Below are positions 39,110-48,966 of a DNA stretch of 56,426 nt, in pieces. How positions within the stretch are numbered: the stretch's first letter is position 1; every line of letters begins with the position of its first letter. The notes under the pieces were generated by a model, which worked only from the letters and a program-made list of their open reading frames with translations, had not been told where the DNA came from and searched no databases. The translations under genes were made by a program, and so were the position numbers. Source of the DNA: an uncultured Clostridia bacterium (GTDB taxonomy: Bacteria; Bacillota; Clostridia; Oscillospirales; UBA644); NCBI GenBank assembly GCA_944386295.1, contig CALXAO010000104.1, positions 1 to 56,426 on the forward strand, read 5' to 3'.

Positions 39110-40389
39110 TCTTGACGCAAAAAGTTTTTCTTTGTGGCAGAGCAGCGCGGCACTTATGCAGGTGAGGCCTTTGGCCAAGGGAAAGGCGAGCCAAATTCCC
39201 CGGACATCCCACAGGACGGGCACCGGTAGAATTAGGACAAAGCCTCGTTCCGCAGATAGTATCAGAGCAGGACGGGGCGTTCGGACGCACTAAAAGCTGC
39301 GGCTATGGAAATATTTAGGCCCACAAAGGGAAATGCCAGAAAATATAAAGTACAGGCCTTCCTTGGCCGTAGTTTGCAGGGCGACGTTTTGTTCTTCACT
39401 AAAAAAGGCTAATAATCGGTTAGGAAAACAGAAAAACAACTCCAGTCAAAGTTAACCGGAAAATTTTGCGCCCTTCTTCTAAGTGGCCACTTCCGTAACA
39501 GCGACTGAGCAGAGGTTGGCTCCCTTGGGCAATTCCTGTAAAAATCGAGGTTGCGACTAAGGCCAGGTTGGCAATAATTCCGCATGCCGCTACACCTGTA
39601 TTTCCCATCTGGGCCAAAAGCAGGGAGTTGAAGGCAATCATAACAATGCCTGCGGCTACTTCGGTTAAAAGCGACGGCAAACCGAGGACGGTAATACTTC
39701 GAAAATTGGCCCGGTTTGGTCGGGTACGGACCGGATAAAACTCATTTTGTTTTTTTTTCAATGGGAGATGGACAAAACACAGACTGACCAGAGGGGCAAT
39801 CCCAGTGGCCAGGGCTGCTCCGGTGATGCCCCAGTTCAGTGGAAAAAGAAATAGGTAGTCCAGTATCATATTGGTTAAGCTTCCGATGAGTATAGCCGCC
39901 ATAGCAAGCCTCGGTTTTTTGTAATTACGGACAAAACAGAGCAGAATGTTATTGTATAGAAATAAGGGCGAAAACAAAAGCAGAATCCGCAAATAGTCTT
40001 CCGACCATTTCAGCATCTGTCCTTCCGTTTCCAGTAGTCTTGCCAGAAGGGCGGTCAGAAATAGTCCGGTTAGCAGGGAAAAAGCGCGGCAATACCTCCA
40101 TATTCCAATGACTGGGAATATATAATGTTTGCTTTTTTGGAGTGTCTGTTGCTTTGCAGCACTGTGTATTTTTTGCACCATCCATGCCGATCATCAGACC
40201 GATTCCGTGGAGAAAACTGAAAATGGAAATGGCAAGATTCAAGGCTGCCAGTCCTGGCTCACCAAGCCTGCGGGCAATAAAAAAAGTATCGGCCAAAATG
40301 TAACAGGAGAGACCTATCATTTCTAAAATATTGGGCAGAATATATCGGAACAGGGAACGGGCTACTGCGGGGGGATCTTTTGGTTTCAT
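39110..40389 (-). pseudogene. MATE-family efflux transporter disrupted by frameshifts
   Basis: MATE N-terminal consensus (YILADTFFIARRLGEPGLAALNLAISIF) is in one frame at 40389-39949. The central part (LDYLFLFPLNWGITGAALATGIAP...) is in a second frame at 40181-39420. C-terminal-like segments (FSEEQNVALQTTAKEGLYFIFSGISL; GIWLAFPLAKGLTCISAALL) are in a third frame at 39400-39110. Confidence 0.6.
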
Positions 40390-40525
40390 TAATCAGTTCC
40401 TTTTAAATAGACAGTGTTTGCAAAACGCTTCCTTCTAAGGCCTAACGGGATCGGTTTCCGCACACGATCTTTCGATCTGCTCTGCCTGGCGGTCAAACAA
40501 ATTTCTATCGGAAACTGTTTTCTCT

Positions 40526-41914
40526 TTAAAGCAACTTTCGCCCCATGAGTACGCCCATGACTGATGCCATCATCAGCCCCCGGGTCCAACCGCTGGAATC
40601 TCCCAAGCAGTACAAGCCCGGAATGTTTGTGTTAAAATCTGTATCCATTTTTACCCGGTTGCTGTAAAATTTTAGTTCTGGCGAATAAAGCAGCGTTTCA
40701 TTGGCTGCAAAGCCCGGAACCACGTGATCCATTGCCTGAATAAAATTAATAATATTAGTCATTGCCCGGTAAGGAATGGCTGCGGTAATGTCGCCAGCTA
40801 CTGCGTCGGGCAGGGTAGGTTTTAGGTTGGATTGCTCTATTTCCTTCGGCCAGGTCCGTTTCCCATCCAGAATATCTCCGAACCGCTGAACTAGAATGTG
40901 TCCTGCGCCTAGCATGTTTGTCAGTTCTCCTACTTTTTGCGCGTAGGCGATGGGCTGGTTAAATGGTTCACTGAAATTGTGGGAACAAAGAATAGCCACG
41001 TTTGTGTTATCAGATTTTAGATCCTTGTAAGAATGTCCGTTGACAACCGCCAGATCGTTGTCGTAGTTTTCTTGGCTGACAAAGCCGCCAGGATTTTGGC
41101 AAAAAGTCCGGACTTTGTTTTTGAAAGGGCTAGGGTAACCGATGAGCTTAGATTCATACAGAATATCGTTAATGGTTTCCATGACCTCGTTACGCACTTC
41201 TACCCGTACGCCAATATCTACTGTGCCTGGCTGATGGGCGATATGATGCTCTTCGCAGAGCTTTTCCAACCAGTCAGCGCCCCGACGGCCGGTGGCGACT
41301 ATCGTGTGTTCTGCTCGGATTTCCTGTTCGGTGCGGCCATCCCCGACCCGTATCCCTCGACAGATTCCGTTTTCCAAAAGAAGGGTATTGCATTCCTGTC
41401 CGAAAAGAATTTCTATCCCATGGGCCAATAAGTATTGCTCGATGGCCAGATAAATGCTTTGTGCCTTTTCTGTACCCATATGCCGGATGGGACAGTCTAC
41501 CAGTTTCAGACCAGCCTGAATAGCTCTGCGACGAATTTTTCGGACCTCTTCTTGGTTGCTGATTCCCTCCACATGAGTGTCTGCGCCAAATTCCAAATAA
41601 ATACTGTCGGTATAGTCAATGGTTTCCTGTGCCAGATCTGTACCGATGAGAGTGGGCAAGTCTCCTCCTACTTCATAGCTGAGAGACAGCTTCCCATCCG
41701 AAAAGGCCCCTGCCCCGGAAAATCCAGTAGTAATATGGCAGTAAGGCTTGCAGTTCATACATGCTTTGGTTTTATGTTTTGGACAATGGCGGAATTCCAC
41801 TGGCTGCCCTTTTTCTACAATTAAAATAGACTTTTTACTTTCTTTTCGCAGTAGTTCCAACGCCGTAAAAATTCCGGAAGGGCCTGCTCCGACAATAACA
41901 ATGTCTTTTTGCAT
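40526..41914 (-). CDS. FAD-dependent oxidoreductase (COG2509-type uncharacterised FAD-dependent dehydrogenase)
   Basis: N-terminal dinucleotide-binding motif DIVIVGAGPSGIF and a C-terminal GD motif (LYCLGDSSG). A TTGACA-17-TATACT promoter lies upstream on the minus strand. Confidence 0.65.
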   Translation of the reverse strand: MQKDIVIVGAGPSGIFTALELLRKESKKSILIVEKGQPVEFRHCPKHKTKACMNCKPYCHITTGFSGAGAFSDGKLSLSYEVGGDLPTLIGTDLAQETIDYTDSIYLEFGADTHVEGISNQEEVRKIRRRAIQAGLKLVDCPIRHMGTEKAQSIYLAIEQYLLAHGIEILFGQECNTLLLENGICRGIRVGDGRTEQEIRAEHTIVATGRRGADWLEKLCEEHHIAHQPGTVDIGVRVEVRNEVMETINDILYESKLIGYPSPFKNKVRTFCQNPGGFVSQENYDNDLAVVNGHSYKDLKSDNTNVAILCSHNFSEPFNQPIAYAQKVGELTNMLGAGHILVQRFGDILDGKRTWPKEIEQSNLKPTLPDAVAGDITAAIPYRAMTNIINFIQAMDHVVPGFAANETLLYSPELKFYSNRVKMDTDFNTNIPGLYCLGDSSGWTRGLMMASVMGVLMGRKLL

Positions 41915-42088
41915 GAAAACATTTCCTTTCTATGTCCTTTCAGCCGAGGCTAGTATATCATATTTCTCTGTTTTTGTCAAGAAAAAAGAAGAGTAGAGAA
42001 ATCCTGTTTTAGAAAATCTCTGCTCTTCTGTCCTTCGTCCCTTTTCTTCAGGAGGAAGCGGTGATGGTCCGCTGTCTCGACCGGTCAG

Positions 42089-42277
42089 CTACAGATCGTC
42101 GGCGTCCTGCTCTGGCACCAGACCGTCCGCAGGTGTGCCCGTATAGCTGCCTAACACATCGGATGGAATAGATTCTTTTGAAATCGAAGCCATAATTTCC
42201 GCTGTGTGGACCGGATTCGGTTGGGTTCGTTTCACGGTGCGAAACGCGTTGGACGAAGCCTTCTTGTTTTTTTCCAT
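42089..42277 (-). CDS. Hypothetical small acidic protein (62 aa)
   Basis: MEKNKKASSNAFRTVKRTQPNPVHTAEIMASISKESIPSDVLGSYTGTPADGLVPEQDADDL. Located in a 430-bp gap between cinA and the FAD gene. An alternative overlapping frame (42048-42287) looks like Arg-rich noise. Confidence 0.25.
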   Translation of the reverse strand: MEKNKKASSNAFRTVKRTQPNPVHTAEIMASISKESIPSDVLGSYTGTPADGLVPEQDADDL

Positions 42278-42342
42278 GTTTCATCACCGCTCTTAGTATA
42301 TGCTGCGGTCATTGGTTCATACCTGCCAGTTTTTTCAAAAAT

Positions 42343-42810
42343 TTAAAATTCGGTTAAAAGTTTACATAATGCTTTGCAGGCAGTTTCTACCGTCTGCTGC
42401 CGAATTTGCTGCCGAGTCCCGAATAAATGCAATTCCAATACGGAAAGTTTTTGGTGGGACGTCCAATACAATCCCACATAAACTAATCCTACCGGCTTTT
42501 GAGCCGTACCTCCGTCCGGTCCTGCAATCCCAGTGATACCTACGCCAACCTGCGAACCCATGAGCGTACAGATTCCTCTGGCCATTTCCTCGGCGGTCTG
42601 GGGACTGACTGCTCCAAAATTCGCCAGTGTTTCTTCTTTTACCCCAAGCAGCTGATGCTTGATTCGGTTGGAGTAGGTGACTACACTTCCTTCGAATACG
42701 GCCGAAATGCCGCTGCGGTCGGTCAATGTTTTTGCAAAGAGTCCGCCGGTGCAGGATTCTGCGGCAGAAATGGTGATATTCTTTTCTAGCAAGAGGTCGG
42801 TCAGTTCCAT
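42343..42810 (-). CDS. CinA-family protein, C-terminal domain (nicotinamide-nucleotide amidohydrolase PncC-like)
   Basis: TISAAESCTGGL...VGLVYVG motifs. 155 aa. Confidence 0.8.
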   Translation of the reverse strand: MELTDLLLEKNITISAAESCTGGLFAKTLTDRSGISAVFEGSVVTYSNRIKHQLLGVKEETLANFGAVSPQTAEEMARGICTLMGSQVGVGITGIAGPDGGTAQKPVGLVYVGLYWTSHQKLSVLELHLFGTRQQIRQQTVETACKALCKLLTEF

Positions 42811-43970
42811 GGGGTAATCCTTTCAGTAACAATTTCCAACCGGTCAATCAGTGGCTTTGTATCGGTTTTTTCCTCTTCCCGGAGGATTTCTTCCAGTGAG
42901 GGGTTGGTTTTGGGGTGTTTGGGGGTGAAGACTGTGCAGCAGTCTTCATAAGGCAGGGAAGACGTTTCAAAGGTATCGATTTTTCGGGCCAGGTCAATGA
43001 TATCCTGTTTGTCTGTTCCGATCAGGGGTCGGAGGATGGGACGGTCTGCCGTCTGATCCGTACAGCAGATGGCACCCAAGGTTTGACTGGCGACTTGCCC
43101 CAGGCTTTCTCCGGTGATCAGGCAGCGGGAACCTTCCTGTTCTGCAACCCAGCAGGCAATCCGGATCATTTCCCGCCGGAGCAAGACGGTAAACAGTTCC
43201 TCCCGGCAGTTGTCTCGCAGATGTTCCTGAATTTCGGTGAAAGGGACAATGTGCAGCGTTAGTCGGGTAGTGTAAACGCTGAGTTTACGTGCCAGCTGAA
43301 TGACTTTTTCCCTAGCCCGGGGGCTGGTGTAAGGCGGGCTTTCAAAATGAATGGCGGAAATCTCCAATCCCCGTTTTGCCATCAGATATCCGGCCACTGG
43401 ACTGTCAAAACCTCCAGATAACATGAGCAGCCCCCGGCCGCCTGTGCCAGCTGGCAGACCGCCTGCTCCCCGGACCGGATCGGTGTGCAGATAGATACTG
43501 CCTTCCCGGACCTCAGCAAATACGGTGGCTTCCGGCGTATGTACATCTACCGTCAAATGGGGAAAGCGTTCCAACAAAAATTCTCCCAGTTCAGCGCAAA
43601 TTTGGGGCGAGTTTTTTAGATAGCGTTTGTCCGCCCGCCGGGCGATGACTTTAAAGGTTTTTACCCGGTTTAAAGCTGGAGCCAGATATTCAGCTGCTTG
43701 CTGTTTGAGTTTGTCGAAATCATAGGAGCCTTCCAACGCCTGTGTCAGGGAAACAATGCCAAAGATCTTTTGCAGAGCGGCAAATGGCAAGGCAAGATCG
43801 GTGCCTTCCGGAAAAGAAATGTATATGGTAGACTGTGCCTCCCGGATTTGGAATTCGGGAAAGGCCCTCAGTGCGGTACAAATATTCTTCCGCAGCAGAT
43901 CTTCAAATCGACGGCGGTTCAGACCTTTGAGGATAATTTCTCCCTGTTTAAGTAAAATGACTTCTTTCAT
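42801..43970 (-). CDS. thiI: tRNA 4-thiouridine(8) synthase
   Basis: THUMP domain plus PP-loop ATPase (LLMLSGGFDSPVAGYLM). Confidence 0.85.
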   Translation of the reverse strand: MKEVILLKQGEIILKGLNRRRFEDLLRKNICTALRAFPEFQIREAQSTIYISFPEGTDLALPFAALQKIFGIVSLTQALEGSYDFDKLKQQAAEYLAPALNRVKTFKVIARRADKRYLKNSPQICAELGEFLLERFPHLTVDVHTPEATVFAEVREGSIYLHTDPVRGAGGLPAGTGGRGLLMLSGGFDSPVAGYLMAKRGLEISAIHFESPPYTSPRAREKVIQLARKLSVYTTRLTLHIVPFTEIQEHLRDNCREELFTVLLRREMIRIACWVAEQEGSRCLITGESLGQVASQTLGAICCTDQTADRPILRPLIGTDKQDIIDLARKIDTFETSSLPYEDCCTVFTPKHPKTNPSLEEILREEEKTDTKPLIDRLEIVTERITPWN

Positions 43971-43995
43971 ATGATTGCGCCTTCCTTCGGTAAAT

Positions 43996-45102
43996 TCAGA
44001 CTTTGCGCAAGCTGCCTAAAATGTCCTTCAGGCTGTCCAGTGTTTGCAGTGCCTCTTCCTGAGTAGTTTCAAAGGAAAAGCTAGCCCGCAGGGCAAATCG
44101 GCTCATTGCTTCCTGACCAATGGCCTTCATGACGGTACTTGCTTTCCGAGAAGAGCAGGCTGACCCGGTGGATAAATAAATTTCCCGGGCAGACAGGGCG
44201 TGGAGAATGTTTTCTCCTAAATATCCCGGAAATGCAAAACTAAGTACATACGGATTGGACAAACGGGGTGAAAGAACTTTTGCTCCCAGCGCTTCCAACC
44301 CTGTCCAAAATGTGCGGCAGACTTTTTCTGCCTGGCTGCGGTGTTCTCGCCATTTCGGCGTCAAAATCCGGCATGCTTTCCCCCACGCCGCTGCCGCAGG
44401 CGTATTGGATGTTCCGGAAAATAGTCCCTTTTCCTGACCTCCGCCCCGTACAAACGGCGGCAGATGCAGTCCTTTTTTTAAGTAAAGAGCTCCGATTCCT
44501 TTGGGGGCGTGGGTTTTGTGTCCTGAAAAAGAGGCCATGTCTACTACAGAATAAATTGGCTCTTCTTTCAAAAAGCCCTGTACTGCATCGGTATGCAGCA
44601 AAGCTGAGCTTGCAGTTCGGTGCAGAATCTGACGGATTTTCCGCAGATCGGTGACTGCGCCGGTTTCGTTGTTGACCTGCATTAGACTAACCAGCACTGT
44701 ATCCGGTGTCAGAGCAGATTCTACCTGCTCTGGCAGAATCTGTCCGTTTACCGGACGGAGCCGAATGATTTCAAATGTTTTTTCCAAAACTTTGAGACAT
44801 TCTTCTACTGCGGGATGTTCAAAGGCGGAAGAAATAATCCGTCCTTTCCGTTTCAGGTTACCAATGCCCAGCAACGCCGCATTGTTCGCATAAGTTCCTC
44901 CCGGGCAAAAATAAATTTCTTCCGGCAGAACCCCCGCAGCCTTGGCCACACTAGTTCTTGCTTCTTCCAACGCCAGTTCGGCTGTCAATCCCGGCTGATG
45001 GAGAGACGCAGGATTCGCATAAACTGTTTCCATAAAGTTCCGGGCAATTTCCGCTGCTTGGGGCAAAACACGGGTGGTGGCCGCATTATCCAGATAAATC
45101 AC
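43996..45102 (-). CDS. Cysteine desulfurase (NifS/IscS-like), partner of ThiI
   Basis: Class V aminotransferase pattern. PLP-lysine context SFSGHKTHAPKGIGALY. Active-site Cys loop STGSACSS. Confidence 0.85.
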   Translation of the reverse strand: MIYLDNAATTRVLPQAAEIARNFMETVYANPASLHQPGLTAELALEEARTSVAKAAGVLPEEIYFCPGGTYANNAALLGIGNLKRKGRIISSAFEHPAVEECLKVLEKTFEIIRLRPVNGQILPEQVESALTPDTVLVSLMQVNNETGAVTDLRKIRQILHRTASSALLHTDAVQGFLKEEPIYSVVDMASFSGHKTHAPKGIGALYLKKGLHLPPFVRGGGQEKGLFSGTSNTPAAAAWGKACRILTPKWREHRSQAEKVCRTFWTGLEALGAKVLSPRLSNPYVLSFAFPGYLGENILHALSAREIYLSTGSACSSRKASTVMKAIGQEAMSRFALRASFSFETTQEEALQTLDSLKDILGSLRKV

Positions 45103-45125
45103 AGTGAGGATGATCCTTTCATTTT

Positions 45126-46388
45126 TTAGGCGTCGTTTTCCGGAAAATCTTCCAGCAGTTGAACAGCTTGCTCTTGGGGCAGGGCTTCTATCTGTCGGAG
45201 TTTACGGCGAATGGCACGGGTGCGGGTTCCCACCAGCTTGTCGAGTTCATCTCCTGCCAATTCTAACCTTCCCTTTACTTTGTCCAGTACGGTTTCAAAG
45301 GTTTCAAATTCGGATTTCACCGCGCCCAGTACACTCCAAACCTCGTTAGAGCGTTTTTCTATCGCCAATGTTCGGAAGCCCATCTGCAAGCTGTTAAGTA
45401 AGGCGGAAAGGGTGGTAGGACCGGCGATGGTAACGCTGTAGTCCTTCATAATCCGTTCTACCAGGTCCGTTTGATTAAGCACCTCTGCATAAAGTCCCTC
45501 AGTCGGAAGGAACATAATTCCAAAGTCAGTTGTATGGGGAGGCTGTAAATATTTTTCTTTTATGTCTTTGGCATTTTTGAGAATTGCGGTGCGAAGAATT
45601 CGACGGCAGGATTCTGTGACTATCGGATCTCCCGATTCCAGAGCATCGGTAAACTGCTGATATATATCCAAAGGAAATTTTGAGTCGATGGGAAGATAAA
45701 CTTCACTTTCCCCATCTTTTCCCGGCAATCGGACGGCAAATTCTACCCGTTCGGTTTTCCCTGGAATGGTGACCACGTTTTCTGTGTACTGTTCCGGAGA
45801 AAGCATTTGTTCCAGAATCCTGGAAAGCTGAATTTCTCCAAAAATTCCTCGGGTTTTGACGTTTCCAAGAATTTTTTTTAGGTCACCTACACCAGAAGCT
45901 AAGGTTTGCATTTCGCCCAGTCCCCGATACACCTGTTCCAGTCGCTCTGAGACCAACCGAAAGGATTCGGATACCCGTTTTTCTAGAGCGGTTTGTAGTT
46001 TTTCGTTGACAATACCCTGCATTTCATCCAGCTTCTTCTGATTTTCGGTTTGCATAATGCTTAATCGTTGTTCCATAGTTGTGGACATGGCATTTACCCG
46101 GTCTTCAAAGCTTTTCAGGGAATCTCGGATATCTTGAGACAGCTTGGTTAATGCGTTGAGCTGTGCATTACTGCCGGCAGTGATGCCTGCAGCGACCGAG
46201 GTTGACAGGGCCTGCTGCATGGAGTCCAATCGACTGTTCAGTTCTGCTCGGGTAGTTTGAAGATCCCGAAGGAATCTGTCTCCATTTTCCTTTCCGGAAG
46301 TTTTTTTTAGACGGATGCAGATTAAAATCAAAGTAAACAGAGAAAGAAGAGCAGCAAGAATTGCCGCGGCTAAAGTTGCCTGAAACAT
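45126..46388 (-). CDS. rmuC: DNA recombination protein RmuC
   Basis: N-terminal TM helix, a long coiled-coil, and a C-terminal RmuC nuclease-like domain (GIMFLPTEGLYAEV). Confidence 0.8.
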   Translation of the reverse strand: MFQATLAAAILAALLSLFTLILICIRLKKTSGKENGDRFLRDLQTTRAELNSRLDSMQQALSTSVAAGITAGSNAQLNALTKLSQDIRDSLKSFEDRVNAMSTTMEQRLSIMQTENQKKLDEMQGIVNEKLQTALEKRVSESFRLVSERLEQVYRGLGEMQTLASGVGDLKKILGNVKTRGIFGEIQLSRILEQMLSPEQYTENVVTIPGKTERVEFAVRLPGKDGESEVYLPIDSKFPLDIYQQFTDALESGDPIVTESCRRILRTAILKNAKDIKEKYLQPPHTTDFGIMFLPTEGLYAEVLNQTDLVERIMKDYSVTIAGPTTLSALLNSLQMGFRTLAIEKRSNEVWSVLGAVKSEFETFETVLDKVKGRLELAGDELDKLVGTRTRAIRRKLRQIEALPQEQAVQLLEDFPENDA

Positions 46389-46405
46389 AGGGGAATTCTC
46401 CTTTT

Positions 46406-48808
46406 TTATTTAAGCACTTCCAATTTCGCATAATTGGCCATAAGCTTTTTGGTTCCTGCTTTGTCAAACCGGACTTCCAGCAAGCAATCGGAAGCCATGG
46501 GGGTGACCTGTGTTAACTCACCCTCCCCAAAAATCTTGTGCCGAATTCTCTGTCCTACCTGATATTTGAAGCCGGCGTTGAATGCGGCGTGAGGAATGAC
46601 GGTAACCGCGTCCTTGAGAATATGGCGGTCCTTTAGGGTTTTTTCCGGTCGCTTAAATTGGCGGGTAACCACTGGTGCCGTGTGCTGTTCAATGTATTCT
46701 TCCGGGATTTCTTTCAGGAAGCGGGAGGGATATGCTGGATGCTGCATGCCGTAGGTCATGCGGGAACGGGTGGAAATCAGGTAAAGCTGCCGTTTGGCCC
46801 GGGTAATTGCCACATAGCAAAGTCGCCGCTCTTCTTCCACACCACCTGGTTCGTCCAGGGATAAGGAAGAAGGGAAAAGACCTTCTTCAAATCCGGCGAG
46901 AAACACGGTATCAAACTCCAGTCCCTTGGCGCAATGAATGGTCATAAGTACTACTGCGTCGGCATCGGCATCTAGATTGTCCGTGGCGCTGACTAGAGAG
47001 GTTTGTTCCAGGTAAGCCTGTAGAGTCGGCTCGTCGGCTTCCTTTTCAAATTGCACAATGGAAGAATAGAGCTCGTCCAGATTTTCCTTTCGGCTCCGGG
47101 CATCATTTTGATTGTATGTACTGGCAAGCATGGCTTCGTAATGAATGGTTTGTACTACTGTGCGAAATAGCTCGCTGAGACTCGTGGTCTGGGTTTTTTC
47201 CCGCAACTGCTCAATCATGGCTCCGAATGCTTCCAGCTTGTCGGCCGCCCGTTGCAATTCCGGATATCGGGAAGCGTGACAGATGACGTCGTATAGGGAC
47301 TGTCCAGTGTCTTCCACAATTTCGGCTACCCGGTCCAGAGTAACGTCGCCAATGCCCCGTTTGGGTTCGTTTACAATCCGAAGCAGTCTGGTTTTGTCCC
47401 TTGGATTGTGCAATACGTTTAGATAAGCCAATAAATCCTGAACTTCCTTGCGCTTGTAGAAAGCCAGTCCGCCATAAACTCGATAGGGAATACCATTGCC
47501 TTTCAGCGCCATTTCAATGGAATTGCTCTGGGCGTGGGTGCGGTAAAGAACACAAAAATCGTTAAATTTCTTTTTGTTTCCTCCAATTTCGGATAAAATA
47601 TTCTTGGCGATAAAGTCGCCTTCCTCGTACTGGGTTGCCATCTGATGGTATTTAATTTTATTCCCAATATCTTTATCGCTCCAAAGGTTTTTTCCCTTTC
47701 GGTTGGTGTTGTTTGCAATGACGCTATTTGCAGCGTTGAGAATTGTTTGCGTGGATCGGTAGTTTTGCTCCAGCCGTACCACTTCTGCGTCGGGAAAGGA
47801 ATGTTCAAAGTCCAGAATATTCCGGATGGAGGCTCCAGCAAAGCGATAGATACTCTGATCGTCGTCCCCTACGACACAAAGCTGTCCCCCTTTGGCCAAC
47901 AGTGTGACCAGACGATACTGTAAGGGGTTGGTATCCTGGTATTCGTCCACAAGGACATAGCGGAACCGATGATTGACGGCGTCTGCTGCCTGCGGAAATT
48001 CTGTAAGTACCTTGACGGTGTTGAAAATCAGGTCGTCAAAGTCCATGGCATCCGACTCCCGGAGTGCTTGCTGATATCTTCGATAAAGCGCGGGAACCTT
48101 GGGGAAACTCCGGTTTTTATATTCCGTCTCCAACTGGTCGGGGGTCAGATAAGCGCCTTTAGCTTTGGAAATAATACTCTTGACAAATTTTGACGCATAC
48201 CGGTCGCTCAAACCGAATTCCCGGATGCAGGTGTCGGTCAGCTTCAGGCTGTCGTTTTCATCGTAAATAGTGAATTGTTTTGTATAACCTAGAAGGTCGG
48301 CAAATTTTCGCAAAATTCGTACACAGGTGGAATGAAAGGTCAGGGCCCAGAGATCAGAGGCATTAATCCGAAATTTCGCTTCAATCCGTTCCCTCATTTC
48401 CCCCGCAGCTTTGTTTGTAAAAGTAATTGCTAGCAATTGATAGGGATTGTAGGGGTCGTCGGCTATCAGCTTTCGGTAACGGGGATCTTCTTTTTTTCCA
48501 GCGTCAGTTTGACAGTCCCGCAGGAATGTCAAGTCTTCGTCGGTCAGTCCCTCCGGAACCCGGTTGGAGTGGTAGGCGTTGCCGTAACGGATTAAATATC
48601 CCAACTTGTTGACCAGTACCGTGGTCTTTCCGCTGCCTGCGCCTGCCAAAATCAGCAGGGGACGGCTGCAGGCAAAGACTGCAGCTTTCTGCCGGGGGTT
48701 CAGGTGGGTGTATTCTTCTTCTAGCAGCTGCCTGCGCAGCTGAAGAAACATTTGGTTTCGATCCATAAGCAGTTTATTCGTTCCTCTCACAATCAAAAGC
48801 GACCGCAA
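46406..48808 (-). CDS. pcrA: ATP-dependent DNA helicase PcrA/UvrD
   Basis: Superfamily 1 helicase motifs (AGAGSGKTTVL; TFTNKAAGEM; VLVDEYQDTN; GDDDQSIYRFAGA). The start is probably the ATG at 48766 (MDRNQ...). The track ORF extends to 48808. Confidence 0.9.
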   Translation of the reverse strand: MRSLLIVRGTNKLLMDRNQMFLQLRRQLLEEEYTHLNPRQKAAVFACSRPLLILAGAGSGKTTVLVNKLGYLIRYGNAYHSNRVPEGLTDEDLTFLRDCQTDAGKKEDPRYRKLIADDPYNPYQLLAITFTNKAAGEMRERIEAKFRINASDLWALTFHSTCVRILRKFADLLGYTKQFTIYDENDSLKLTDTCIREFGLSDRYASKFVKSIISKAKGAYLTPDQLETEYKNRSFPKVPALYRRYQQALRESDAMDFDDLIFNTVKVLTEFPQAADAVNHRFRYVLVDEYQDTNPLQYRLVTLLAKGGQLCVVGDDDQSIYRFAGASIRNILDFEHSFPDAEVVRLEQNYRSTQTILNAANSVIANNTNRKGKNLWSDKDIGNKIKYHQMATQYEEGDFIAKNILSEIGGNKKKFNDFCVLYRTHAQSNSIEMALKGNGIPYRVYGGLAFYKRKEVQDLLAYLNVLHNPRDKTRLLRIVNEPKRGIGDVTLDRVAEIVEDTGQSLYDVICHASRYPELQRAADKLEAFGAMIEQLREKTQTTSLSELFRTVVQTIHYEAMLASTYNQNDARSRKENLDELYSSIVQFEKEADEPTLQAYLEQTSLVSATDNLDADADAVVLMTIHCAKGLEFDTVFLAGFEEGLFPSSLSLDEPGGVEEERRLCYVAITRAKRQLYLISTRSRMTYGMQHPAYPSRFLKEIPEEYIEQHTAPVVTRQFKRPEKTLKDRHILKDAVTVIPHAAFNAGFKYQVGQRIRHKIFGEGELTQVTPMASDCLLEVRFDKAGTKKLMANYAKLEVLK

Positions 48809-48966
48809 AATGCGATCCTTGTTTTATTCATTATTTTTTATTTTACAATATGAAGCCGACTTTTTGATTGCAGAATTGCAACACTATATTGAAACTTTTG
48901 GGGCGACGCATAACATTTGTTAAATGGGGAAAAGTAAGGGCAAAAACATGAAAAAGGAGCGATCAT

